Source: the human T2T-CHM13v2.0 reference genome, Homo sapiens. Taken from it: a stretch of 64,000 nt of DNA. Position numbers and translations under genes: made by a program. This document shows, one piece after another, positions 15,655 to 30,404 of the stretch (position 1 is its first letter; each line of letters starts with the position of its first letter). The notes beneath the pieces were generated by a model. The model ran no database searches. It had not been told where the DNA came from and saw only the letters and a program-made list of their open reading frames with translations. The DNA lies in the NCBI RefSeq assembly GCF_009914755.1, contig NC_060934.1. One strand, given 5' to 3'.

Positions 15655-17951
15655 TGTATTAGTCCGTTTTTACACTGCTGATAAAGACATACCAAAGACT
15701 GGGCAATTTACAAAAGAAAGAGGCTTAATTGGGCTCACAGTTCCATGTGGCTGGGGAAGTCTCACAATCATGTCAGAAGGCAAGGAGGAGCAAAGTCATG
15801 TCTTACATGGATGGTGGCAGGCAGAGTGCTTGTGCAGGGCAACTCCCATTTTTAAAACCACCAGACCTCATGAGACCCATTCACTATCATAAGACCAGCA
15901 TGGGAAAGACCCACCCCCATAACTCACCACTGGGTCCCTCCCAAAACACATGGGAATTATGGGAGCTACAAGATGAGATTTGGGTGGGGACACAGAGCCA
16001 AACCATATCATTCCGCCTCTGGCTTCTCCCAAATCTCGTATCTTCACATTTTCAAACCAATTATGCCTTCCCAACAGTCCCCCAACATCTCAACTCATTT
16101 CAGAATTAACCCCAAAGTCCAAGTCCAAAGTCTCGTCTGAGACAAGGCAAGTCCCTTCTGCCTATGAGCCTGTAGAATCAAAACTAAGTTACTTCCTAGA
16201 TACAATGGGGGTACAGGCATTAGGTAAATATAGCCATTCCAAATGGGAGAAATTGGCCAAAACAAAAGGGCTACAGGTCCCATGCAAGTCCAAAATCCAG
16301 CAGGGCAGTCAAATCCTAAAGTTCCAAAATGATCTCCTTTGACTCCATGCCTCGCATCCGGGTCACTCTGATACAAGAGGTGGGTTCCCATGGTCTTGGG
16401 CAGCTCCGCCCCTGTGGCTTTTCAGGGTATAGCCTCCCTCCTTGCTGCTTTCACAGGCTAGCGTTGAGTGTCTGCAGCTTTTCCAGGTGCACAGTGCAGG
16501 CTGTTGGTAGATCTGCCATTCTGGGGTCTGGAGGACAGTGACCCTCTCTTCTCACAGCCCCACCCAGCGGTGTCCCAGTAAGGACTCTGTGGGAGGGCTC
16601 CAATGCCACCTTGCCCTTCTGCACTGCCCTAGCAGAGGTTCTCCATGAGGGCCCCACTCCTGCAGCAAACTTTTGCCTGGGCATCCAGGCATTTCCACAC
16701 ATCTTCTGAAATCTAGGCAGAGGTTCCCAAACCCCAATTCTTGACTTCTGTGCACCCACAGGCTCAACACCATGTGGAAGCTGCCAAGGCTTGGGGCTTC
16801 TACCCACTGAAGCAACAGCCTGAGCTCTACCTTGGCCACTTTTAGTCACAGCTGGAGTGGCTGAGATGCAGGACACCAAGTCCCTAGGCTGTACACAGCA
16901 CAGGGACCCCTGGGCCCAGCCCATAAAACCACTTTTTCCTCCTAGGTCTCCAGGCCTGTGATGGGAGGGGCTGCCATGAAGACCTCTGGCATAACCTGGA
17001 GATATTTTCCCCCACCGTCTTGGAGATTAACATTCCACTCTTCGTTACTTACGCAAATTTCTGCAAGCAGCTTGAATTCTCCTCAGAAAATGGGATTTTC
17101 TTTTCTATTGTATTGTCAGGCTGCAAATTTTCCAAACTTTTATGCTCTGCTTCCGTTATAAAACTGAATGCCTTTAACAGCACCCAAGTCACCTCTTCAA
17201 TGCTTGGATGCTTAGAAATTTCTTCTGCCAGATACCCTAAATCACCTCTCTCAAGTTCAAAGTTCCACAAATCTCTAGGGCAGGGAGAAAATTCCGCCAG
17301 TCCCCTTGCTAAAACATAACAAGAGTCACCTTTGCTCCAGTTCCCAACGAGTTCCTCATCTCCATTTGAGACCACCTCAGCCTGGTCCTTATTGTCCATA
17401 TGGCTTTCGGGCCTTTGGTCAAAGCCATCCAACAAATCTCTAGGAAGTTCCAAACTTTCCCACATTTTCCTGTCTTCTTCTGAGCCCTACAAACTGTTCC
17501 AACCTCTGCCTGTTGCCCAGTTCCAAAGTTGCTTCCACATTTTAGGGTAGCTTTTCAGCAGTACCCCACTCCTGGTACCAATTTACTGTATTAGTCCATT
17601 TTCAGGCTGCTGATAAAGACATACCTGAGACTGGGCAATTTACAAAAAAAGAGGTTTAATTGGACTTACAGTTCCACATGACTGGGGAAGCCTCACAATC
17701 ATGGTGGAAGGCAAGGAGGAGCAAGTCACATCTTACATGGATGATGGCAGCAAAGAGAGCTTGTGCAGGGCAACTCCCATTTTTAAAACCATCAGATTTT
17801 GTGAGACCCATTCACTATCACAAAAACAGTACAGGAAAGACTTGCCTCCATAATTCAATCATTCACTCCCACTTGGTCCCTCCCACAACATGTGAGAATT
17901 ATGGGAGCTACAAGATGACATTTGGGTGGGGACACAGAGCCAAACCATACA
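15655..17951 (-). mobile_element. Full-length THE1 (THE1A/B-like) MaLR element: 5' LTR 17587-17951, internal 16011-17586, 3' LTR 15655-16010
   Basis: Two ~360-bp direct LTRs (tgtattagtcc...gctgataaagacatacc...ccaaaccata) flanking a ~1.6-kb THE1 internal sequence; same orientation as ATE1. Confidence 0.93.
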
Positions 17952-19571
17952 AAAATGCTAGTGCTAAACTGTGTTCTTCACCTTCCCATCATATTCCCTC
18001 ATATTTGTGTGTATTCTGGAACCCAAGCATGGCATTTGTACTTTTCTCATTGTTAAATTTTGTTCTGACATATTCCCATCACTCCAGCCTACTGAAGTAT
18101 TTTCATATTGTTTCTTTTCTTCTGACATGTTAAGAGATCCTTACCAGTTGCACAGTAACGGAAATGTGGCTATCAAAATAAAAATAAAAATGTTAAATAG
18201 GATAGAGTCCTGAGACAAGAACAAAGAAGGTACTATACTTAATATAAGTATGTATATGTGTAGCTAATAATTTTTTTTAAAATTATCAAATACATTGAAT
18301 CAGTTCATCTTAGGATCTATTATGTTCAGTTTGCCTATAAGTTTTTTGTTTTAAATCAATAGCTTTAAATTCTACCATATTTCACAGGTCACAAAAGCTA
18401 TTAAGCTATTACCATGATGGTAAATGGACAGGCGACCTCTTTAGGTCACAAAGCCAAATTCCCATTTACAATGAAAGGGAGTCATAAGACTAATTTCCAA
18501 AGAATGAATTTGGCATTGGGTTGATCTTTGATTCTTTCCAAAAGAATTAAGCTAGAGACTTCTAAAAATACCTTTAAGTAGCAATACCTCTGAAAATTTC
18601 CTGGAGCATAAAATTAAATTAGAAATTATAGTATTAATCTTAGGGGCAAATACAAATTCACTTTCCTTACAATAGTATTGGCTTTCTGTGGAGACAGCCT
18701 CTACCGGAGGAAATATAACCATACATTATTTTGCTGGACTTTAGTGTGCTTCTCAGATATTGAGGGTTTGTTTGTTTGTTTGTTTGTTTTTACAAATTAA
18801 AGATTTGTGGCAACCCTGCATTGAGAATAGGTGCCATTTTTCCAAGAGTATGTGTTTACTTGGTTTATCATGTCACATTTTGGCAATTTTCCCAATATTT
18901 CAAATTTTCTCATTATTATTATATCTGTTATGGTGATCTATGATCAGTAATCAGTGATGTTAACTACTGTAATTGGTTTGGGGTATCACAAACTGTGCCC
19001 ATGTAAGATGGCAAACTTAATTGATAAATGCTGTGTGTATTCTGACTGCCCCACAGACCTGCCCTTCTGCTGTCTTTCTCCCTCTCCTTGGGCCTCCCTA
19101 TTTCCTGAAACACAACAATATTGAAATTAGGCCAATTAAAAACCCTAAAAGGCCTCTAAGTGTTGCAAGTCTCTCACTTTAAATTAAAGGCTAGAAATGA
19201 TTAAACATGGTGATGAAGGCACACTGAAAGCTGAGACAGACTGATGGCTCTTGTGCCAAACGGCCAAGCTGCAAATACAAAAGAAAAGTTCTTCACAGAA
19301 ATAAAAAGTGCTATTCCAGTGAACACACAAATCATAAGTAAAACAGCCTTATTGCTGATATGGAGAAAGTCTTAGTGATCTGGATAGAAGATCAAACCAG
19401 CCACAACATTCTCTTAACTCAATGCCTAATTCAGAGCAAGACCCTAACTCTCTTCAATTCTCTAAAGGCTGAGAGGTAAGGACATTGCAGAAGAAAAGGC
19501 GGAAGCTAGGAGAGATTGATTCATGAGGTTTAAGGAAAGAAGCCATCTCCATAAAAGTACAAGGTGAAGCC

Positions 19572-19930
<359 letters not shown>

Positions 19931-21013
19931 CTAGCGAAGATCATCAAGAAGGTGGCTACACTAAACAAGAGATTTTCAATGCAGATGAAACAGTCTTCTA
20001 CTGGAAGAAGCTGCCATCTAGGATTTTCACAGCAGGTGACTTTAAGCTGAAGCCAATGCTCATTAATCATACTGAAAACACAAGGGTCCTTAAGAATTAT
20101 GGTAAATTTTGTGCTTTATAAATGGAACAACAAAGCCTAGATGACAGCACATCTGTTTACAGAACAGTTCTCTTTGCAGCGTATTTTACTGAATATTTTA
20201 AGCCCACTGTTGAGACCTACTGCTCAGTTTTTCTGATTCCTTACCAAATACTGCTCACTGGCAATGTGCCTGGTTACCCAAGAGTTCCGATGAAGTTATA
20301 CAAGATCAGTGTTGTTTTCATGCCTGCTAACACAATAACCATTCTGAAGCCCATGGATCAAGGAATATTTTCCATTTTCAAGTCTTACTAGTTAAGAAAT
20401 ACATTTCATAAGGCTATAGCTACCATAAAAGTGATTCCTCTGATAGATCTGGGCAAAGTAAATAGAAAACCTTCTGGAAAGGATCCACCATTCTAAATGC
20501 CATTCAGAACATTTATTATTCATGGGAGGAAGTCAAACTATCAACATTAACAGACATTTGGACGAAGTTGATTCCAAACCTCATGGATGATTTGGAGGGG
20601 TTTGAGAATTCAGTGGAGGAAGTTACTGAAGCTGCAGTCAAAACAGTACAATTAGAAATAGAAGTGGAGTCTGAAGATGTCACAAAATGCTGCAATCTCA
20701 TGATAAAACTTGCATGGAGGAGGAGTTGTTTCTTATGGAAGAGCAAAGAAAGTGATTGCTTGAGACAAAATCTACCTCTGGTGAAGATGCTGCAAATATG
20801 GTTGAAATGACAACAAAAAACTTAAAGAACATTAGACAAACTTAGTTGATAAATCAGCAGCATGATCTGAGAAGACTGACTCCAATTCTGAAAGAAGTTC
20901 TACTGCTATCAAACAGCACTGCATGCTACAGAGAACTCTTTTGTGAATGGAAGAGTTAACTGATGCAGTACAGTTCTTTGTTGTCTTATTTTAAGAAATT
21001 GCCACAGCCACCC

Positions 21014-21438
21014 TGCTATAATTCATATGTTTGTCCTCCCAAACATCATGTTGAAATTTGATGTCCAATGTTGGAGGTGGAGCCCAGTGGGAGGTGTTTG
21101 GGTCATGGGGGTGGATCCCTCATTAACAGATTAATGACCTGGAGCAGGGGAGGCGAGTTCTCATTCTATTAGTTCCCACAAGAGCTGGTTGGTAAGAAGA
21201 GCCTGCCACCTTCCTCTCCTCTCTCTTGCTTCCTCTCTTGCCATGTGATCCCTGCACATGCCATGGCTCTGCTCTGATTTCCACCATGGGTGGGAACAGC
21301 TTGAGGCCCTCATCAGAAGCTGAGCAGGTGCCAGTGCCAAGCTTCATGCACACCCTGCAGAACCCTGAGCCAAATAAACCTCCTCTTTATAAACTACCCA
21401 GCCTCAGATACTCCTTTACAGCAACACCAAAGACATAT
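21014..21438 (+). mobile_element. MST (MSTB/C-like) MaLR solo LTR nested in Tigger1
   Basis: tgctat...catgttgaaatttga...ggaggtgtttgggtcatgggggtggatccctc...aataaacctc...tacccagcctcag. Confidence 0.85.
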
Positions 21439-22548
21439 ATCAACCTTCAGCAAGCACTACCCTGTGATTAGTCAGCAGCTGTCAACATCAAGGCAAAACT
21501 CTTTATCAGCAAAAACATTATGATTTGCTGAAGGCTCAGATGATCACTAGCATTTTTTAGCAATAAAGCACTTTTAAATTAAGCTATGTATGATAGTTTT
21601 TTTTTCCAACATAATGCTATTGTGCACTTAATAGACTACAGCATAATGTAAACATGACTTTTATATGCACTGGGAAATCAAATAATTTGTGTGACTTGCT
21701 TTATAGCAGTGATCTAGAGCCAAACACATAATATCTCTAAGGCATGTCTGTGGTATAACCCCAATTTTCTGGGAAATTTAGGGTGCTCTAATCTCTGAAG
21801 AGGATCCCCTTTCCGACCTCCCTAGCCCTGCCTCCCAAACTCCTTTTTTTACATTGCCACAAGTCCCAATCTAGAAATCCATCCTCTTCCCCATTCCTGG
21901 TCTCAGCCCAATCTGTATATAATCTCTGTAAATTATAGTATCTTGTATAATCGATTTTTTCTCTATATTAGTTCCTTTTCACTAACTTTTACAAAAGCTT
22001 AAGACTGCCATCTGGGACAAACAAACTCTCTGTGATCCCCTACTCATCCTCCAGTTATCTTAATTCTATTTTTCTTTCCTTCTCTAAAGAGCATTTACCT
22101 AATGGCCATTCCCTCATCTCCCACTCACTCTACAATCTATTTTAAAGTGTATCTTGGCCCAGTCACCTTCACTCTGTTCACTGAAGTCAAAGTTGTCCCC
22201 TTGTTCTCAGATAAAATGGATACGTTTCTGTCTTCGTCACCTTCAGCAAAGCGTATCAGAAAACCAGGTCATCCTCCTTGAAACCCACTCTGCCTTCAGC
22301 TTTCCTGACACTATTTATCCTGGGTTTTCTCTTGCCCCAGGGTAATCCTTTTTCATTGACTGACTTCTCCCTTCTTTACCTATTAAATGTTGGAAGCTAC
22401 GTAGTGTCCTTTTCTAGGTCCTCCTCTCATTGCTCTACACTTTCTCCCTAGAAAATTGCACCTATGCTGTGGATTCAACTACCATGTGTAGATTCAATGA
22501 CCATGTTTAAGTCTGGCCTCCAAATCCTCAGGAGACTTGATAATACTA

Positions 22549-23135
22549 CAGCAGGTTCTCAAACAAAGTTGTTACACTGGCCGCTTCACTGTAACATTGA
22601 TGAAAAAAAATGCATCTCCTGCCAGGGCCACTGTGTGGCATCTGCCCACCCCCACCCCTGTGTCTGTGTGGATTTTCTCAAGGTACTCCAGTTTCCTGCC
22701 ACATCCCAAAGATGTGCATATTTGGTGAACTGGTGGGTCTAAATGGTCCCAGTGTGAGTGAGCTTGGTGAGTGTGCGTGTGCCCTGCGAGGGGATGGCGT
22801 CCTGTTGAGGACTGGTTCCACTTTGTGCCCTGAGCTACGGGGATAGGCTCCGGTCCCTTGATACTTGGAACTGGAATCACAGGTAAATAATTATCTTACT
22901 AGCTTTTACGAATCTTAAATGTACATATAGCTCACATTTATTTCAATGTTTAATATTAGAAGCGTTTCAGTTTTTAGAAATTTGGTCATACTTTTGTGAC
23001 CAGAAATATTCTGTAGGAACTTAACTCTTGTTTATATCAATTAAACCTATGATAAAATTGATTTCATTATACATTAGTTCGCTTAAAGTCACCTTTTCCA
23101 AGAACCTATTGATGATGTTAACTGAAGACTTACTG
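22549..23135 (+). mobile_element. MER6A-like TcMar-Tigger element
   Basis: TA|cagcaggttctc ... gaagacttactg ends; internal ggtactccagtttcctgccacatcccaaagatgtgca motif. Confidence 0.8.
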
Positions 23136-23344
23136 CATATGACGTGAGGGCAGGATACTACAGTGTACAATTTGCCTTTTAGAGGCAAATTCACATTGTT
23201 TTTATCAGAGCAAACCCACTTTTAGGAATCTGTCCTATGAAAACATTAGTATATATGCAAAAGGATGTATACTTAAGGGTATGGTTTATGATAGCAAAAT
23301 TGAAAACCTAAAAGTACGCCAAAGTGGAGACTTATTATCAGTAA

Positions 23345-24365
<1,021 letters not shown>

Positions 24366-24483
24366 GTAAGCCAGTTAACAACAGGGGAAGCTGGGTGTGG
24401 GATAATGAGAATGTTCTACACTATACCTTTGCCGTTTTTCTATAAATCTACAACTATGATAAGATATGATTTATTTTTACAAA

Positions 24484-24628
24484 GGCTGGGCACAGTGGCT
24501 CACACATGTAATCCCAACCCTTTGGGACGCCAAGACAAGAGAATTGCTTGAAGCCAGGAATTTGAGACCAGCCCAGGCAACATAGCAAGACCTTGTCTGT
24601 ACCGGTTCCTGCAAAAAAAAAAAAAAAA
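24484..24628 (+). mobile_element. Alu monomer (FLAM/AluJ left arm)
   Basis: Single arm plus A-tail. Confidence 0.85.
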
Positions 24629-26449
24629 GATTGAGGAAGTTCTTTAGGTAACAATGGGGAATGATTTTCAAGCTATCCTAATTTTAATGTAAAAAACAAG
24701 CCACAGAATATTTTTGGTATGACTTAATTATAACTACATAAATTGTATGTCTAAATAGCTAACATAATTAAAAAATTTAAAATCGGTTACACAGAAAAAG
24801 AGCCCAAAGCCTCCCTACTGAACCTCAAGGTTTTCTGAGTTTATGCTTTGCTGAAGGCGACTCTGCTTACCTGTGCAGAGTGAGGAGCAGAGATGTGTAT
24901 GCTACCTGCACATTTACTGGAATGTGCTGTAGAACTGTGACTTTCCACATCAAATCATCACTAATAACAAGCATATAATCACTCATGTGTTGCTGCTTCT
25001 AGTAAAACTGTTGTCTAGAGAGTTAAAGTGCTGGAGAATAAATATGAAGTGTCTGGCATAAGGTGGGTGCTAAAGAAGGATAGCAGGGCTATCATTACTG
25101 TCGATCTCCAAGTAGTGCCACTTTTTTAGAACCACCAAGAACTCAACACTTCTGTCCATTCAGACTTCATTGAAAGAGAGTGCTTACTGCTGCTTTTACC
25201 ATTTGCCACTGTGGGCCAAAGCTGGGTAGACAGAACAGGGAGGTCGCTGGCAGGACACTGCTTACTGTGTTCTCTCTGGCTCACTTCCTGCTGGAAACAG
25301 AGGAAGGAGCTTCTGAAGGTGCAGAGTCCCCCAGGTAGTGCTGGCCACAGGCCAGGACCTACCCCTCAATGAGAAGTCACCTCTGAGGGTTCATCCACCC
25401 TTCAGTACAAATGTATGGTCAAGGAGGCAGAAGAAAAAAAGCTCTGCCAGACTCTCAAAGAAAATACGTAAGAAACACAGTAAGCTCAATTCCACTGCAG
25501 TGATTCCCAGCCCTGGCTACATATTCAAATCGTGGGGAGGTTTAAACTATGCTGGCGTTCAGAATATACTGCAGAACAATTAGACTGTGCGAGTGGGGCC
25601 TACAGATAAATAATGATGTGGAAAAAATCCGCATCATATATTCAGACATATACAAAGCCTTAAAAAATATCAGTGCACAAATCTAAGGGTGTATTAACAA
25701 TTTATTGCCACTTGGCTTTAAAAATAATGCTCCAGGACAGAAAATTACTAACAAACCAAGAATGTAGCAAGAAAACTCCCAAACTGCCACATTCATGTGG
25801 GGATTTTTCATTTCTGCTCCCACTAAGGCTTCAAATTAGACAGAATGACACTCAGGTGCAATAAGAATATACAAAATAACCTCGGTTGTCACTTTATATC
25901 TTAGTGCAATATTCTGATTCACTATTTTGGTATTAGACGTTAGCAGACTTCCATCTAATTTTATTGGCAATTTGATAAAGTGAATCTGTGGGGGCTAAAA
26001 AAACCAATAGATTAACAATAGGTTAAAAAGGGAGAAGGAGGAAGACAGATATTGATGGTCCCTTAAATATCAATTTCAGAAGATCAGGAGTAGGAGACTG
26101 CCATGGTGATATCATATACTATAATTGTCTCTATTATTCTGACAGCTTTACTCTTGTAAAACTTGGTTTTCTTCTTTGAATTTTTAAACCTAAAACTGCC
26201 TGCCATAATGTCTCTGGAAGTTATTATAGTAAGCAGTATTAGAATGATACAAATAAGCCTTTTGTAAAACTTGGATCAGATTTTATAAGGTTCAAGTTTT
26301 ACCAGGCAGTAAATTAATTTTAGATTTTCTCAATTAGCTCTCAAAGATTAACTATCTGCGACATGCTTAATATTCTTCATGGTGGAGTCAGACGTGCACA
26401 GCTAAAATAAGGGTGATCGTTTATGCATTCCTAACTAGCAGGCAACCAT

Positions 26450-29400
26450 AAGACAGGGGGCCTTCCACTCCAGGAAGATGAGGGAGACCTACTTTTCCCT
26501 ATCCTCCCTACTAAGTACAACTGGAAACTCAGGACATTATATATCAAACAACCCTACAAAGACTCTGAAAAGTGAGAGAAGACGGTAATCCAACTGAGGA
26601 TTCTGAGACTTGAGGAGTGACACAGTGATAAACTCCCTGGGTTTTCTTTTTGCCTCATCTATTCCCGGCAAAACACTGAAAAAGTTGGCAACTCTGAAAA
26701 GCCAACACACACAGACTAAAAAATCCCTGAAATTTGGGGATTTTTGGCTCCCTCTAGCCAAAGTACCAGGAAAGGGGCGGCCTACACAAAAAGCAAAACA
26801 AAAACAAAAAACATCCTAGACAATAATCTCAAAAAACACAAACTGCCATAATTCAGCCAATATGAAATGGACAAGTGCCCTATAAAGACTGAAGAAATTA
26901 AATTTATAATTAAAAATCTGAAAATCTCCATTCCCAGATGGCATAGAGACAATGAGGCTTCCACCACTCGTTCATGCTCCAGAAGGGCCTGGAAAATTCT
27001 AACAAACATTTAAAGAAATAAAACCCATTCCACACAATCCCTTTCGGAGAATAAAAGAGGAGGAAATCCAAACTAGACAAAGACAGTACAAAAAGACAGA
27101 ACCAAAAACCAGTATCCCCTTATGAACACAGATGTAGAAGTCCTTAACAAAATACTAGAAAACAGAACTCAGTAACATACAGAAGAATTACACACCATGA
27201 CCAGCAGGGCTTATTTCAAGAATTCAAGGCTGGTTCAGTATTAAAGACCAAATCAATGCTATCCACCATATTAACAGTTTAAAGAAGAAAAATCACCTGA
27301 CACAATTCAGCAACCACTCACGATAAAAACTCTCAGAAAACGAGGAGTGGAGGGGAACGTCTTCAACTTGATAAAAAAACATCTACAAAAGCCCTATAGC
27401 TAATATCTTAAAGGTGAGAGACTGAATGCTTTCCCCCTAAGATCAGAAAAAAAGTAAGGTGTCTCCTTTCATCATTTTTATTCAAAATAGTACTAGAAGT
27501 TTTGGCCAGTGCAATAAGGCAAGAAAAAAACTAAAAGGCAGACAGACTGTAAAGGAAGAAATAAAACCATTTCTATTTGCAGATGACATGATATTCTATG
27601 TAGAAAATCTCAACAACCCTCCAAGAACTACACAAGTTCAGTGAAGTAAAAGTATACAAGATCACCACATAGAAACTAGCTGCATTGCAATCACATCTGA
27701 TAAAATTAATATCCATAATATTTAGAGAACTAAGTTTCTTCGCCAAAGAAGACATACAAATGGCCAATAAGCACATGAAAAGGTGATCAACAACATTAAT
27801 CATTTAGGGAAATGTACATCAAACCCACAACTCTTACTCATTAGGATGGCTACTGTAAGTGTTGGTGAGGATATGGAGAAATGGGAAATCTTGTGCACTA
27901 CTGGTGGGAATGTAAAATGGGGCAGTTGCTATGTTCTTTGGGAAATCAAAAATGGCATTACCATATGACCCACCAATCTCATTTCTAGGAGTATATACAA
28001 AAGAAATCAAAGCAAGAACATGAACAGTTATTTGTACACCCACGGTCATAGCAGCATCATTCACAATAGCCAAAAGGTGAAGCAACCCAATGGATGAACT
28101 GATAAACAATTTGTGATATATACATACAACCTTTAAAAGAGGTAAAATTCTAACATATGCTACAACATGGATGAATCTTATAGAAATTATGCTAAGTGAA
28201 ATAAACCAGTCACAAAAAATACTGTATGACACCACTAATTTTTGGTACTTAGAGAAGTCAAATTTATAGAGACAGAAAGTAGAATGGTGGTTGCCAGGAG
28301 CTGGAGATGGGAATAATGGAGATTTATTGTCTAATCAGTCACAGAGTTTGTTTTGCAAGATGGTAAAATTTTGTAGATGCAAAACAGTGTGAATGCACTT
28401 AAAAGGTCAATAGTATTCCAATATACTAACAATAAACACATAGGAACTGAAATGAAAATATACAATTTATAGTTGTTTAAAAAAAACTTAGGTGTAAATC
28501 TAAAAGAATATGTATAGGACTCTGAAAGTTGATTACACAAATTGGGTCATTCTTGTCATACCTAAGTAGGTCAGAGAGGAGGGGCTGGGCAGGGGAGGGG
28601 GGAATCACTCAGGGCACATAGCACCCACTCCAATAATTGAATTTTCCACAAGCCCAGATGCTGAAATGGCCTGCTGTAGCCCTAAGACCAGTTTCACTGA
28701 GGAGCTGCTGAAACGACCTGCTGTGACTCTAAGACCAGTTTTACCTGCCACTGTCATTCACCAATCAGAGATTGCCAGCTTCCAAAAGCTTTTCTAGTGT
28801 CAATGTTTCTTCAAAACATTACATAACATTTCTCTTTCTAATAAAATGCCCAACCTTCTGTTTGTTCCTGGGACATACAGAAGACCACCATGGTCTGTAT
28901 GTATGCCCTAAATTGCAATTCTGTGATTCCTAAATAAATGTTAATTTAGAGATTTATTTTATTTTGAGTTTGTCAACTTACATGCTGAAAACTACAAACT
29001 GCTGATGAAAAAAAATCAAAGCTCTAAATAAATGGAGAAACAATCCATGTTCATGGGCCCAAAGGCTCCTAGTAAAGATGTCAATTCTCCCCAAATTTAT
29101 ATATAGATTTAACATAATTCCTATCAAGGAAATCCTGTAAGAATTTTTACAAAGAGAAGCAAGAGTATTCTAAAATTTATATGGAAAGGCAAAAGAGCTA
29201 CAATAACGAAAATAATTCTGACAAAGACTAATGGGAGAATAACTTTTCCCTAATTTCAAGACTTTTAAAAATATAGATACAGAAATCAAGACTGTGTAGT
29301 ATTGGTGGAGGACTGACATATAAATATATGGAAGAGAATAAACAAACTATAATAGCCCCACACAAGTATGGCCAACTAATTTTTGACAAAGTTGCAAAAG

Positions 29401-30327
29401 TAATTCATGAAGGAAGAGGAGCTTTTCCAACAACTAGTGTTGGAGCAACTGGGTATCAACCAGTAAAAAAGTAAACTTATGGCTAAACTTCCCATTTTAC
29501 ACAAAACTTAAACCCAAATGGATGGATCATAGATTTAAATGTAAAATGTGAAATGATGAGACTTTTTAGAAGAAAATACAGGAGAAAAATATTTGAGAAC
29601 TAGGGCTTAGTGAAGAGTTCTTAGACATAACACCAAATGCATGATGCATAAAAAAATTTTTAAATTGATACCTAGACTTCATTAAAATTGGAAATTTGCT
29701 CTGCGAAAAACCCTGATAAAATGATGAAAAGACAAGCTACCAAAGGACACATATCTGGAATATATAACAATTTGCAAAACTCAGCAATATAAAAACAAAT
29801 CCATTTAGAAAATGCACAAAGAACATGAGGAGACATTTCACTGATGGGGATTAATGGACGGCAAACAAGCAGATGTAAAGACGTTCAACATCAGTAGCCA
29901 TTTGGGAGGCCCAAGTTAAGACTATCGTGAGGTATCACTATATACATTAGAACAGCTAAAATAAAAGGAGTAACAAAAACCAAATGTGGGTAAACATGAA
30001 AGAAGTGTCATCTTTCATCCATGGTTGTTGGGAATGTAAAATGGCAGCCATGCCGGAAAATAGTTTGGCAGTTTCTTAAAATATTAAACATATACTTGCC
30101 ACACAACCCAGTAACTGTACTGCTGGGCATTTATCAGAACTCAAGTTTATGTAAAAACCTGTAGACAAATGTTTGTAGTAGTTATTTTGGTAACAGTCCT
30201 AAACTGAAAAACAACTGAGATGTCCTTCAACAGGTGAATGGTTAAATGTTTAAACGAAGTATAACATATCTAACATCCATGCCATGGAATACTACTTAGC
30301 AATAAGAAGGCATGAACTACTGATACA
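26450..30327 (+). mobile_element. Fragmented old L1 cluster (ORF2/3' pieces, probably more than one insertion)
   Basis: ORF2 RT remnant EEIKPFLFADDMIFYVEN and further L1 ORF2/3'UTR motifs. Confidence 0.85.
28523..28975 (+). mobile_element. ERV1-class solo LTR (LTR24-like; subfamily uncertain) inserted in L1
   Basis: TG...CA ends, imperfect 4-bp TSD actc/actt, internal CCAAT and AATAAA; L1 sequence resumes seamlessly on either side. Confidence 0.7.
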
Positions 30328-30351
30328 CTAAGAATAAGAAAGACAAGAGAG

Positions 30352-30354
<3 letters not shown>

Positions 30355-30400
<46 letters not shown>
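30355..30400. repeat. (CA)23 microsatellite
   Basis: Perfect dinucleotide run. Confidence 0.98.

Positions 30401-30404
<4 letters not shown>

Noticed and set aside
15599-18133. Cluster of 70-157 aa ORFs on both strands
   Set aside because: All lie inside the GC-richer THE1 element; typical spurious MaLR ORFs.
20122-20810. Transposase-like ORFs
   Set aside because: Frameshifted, interrupted Tigger1 remnants; not a domesticated TIGD-type gene.
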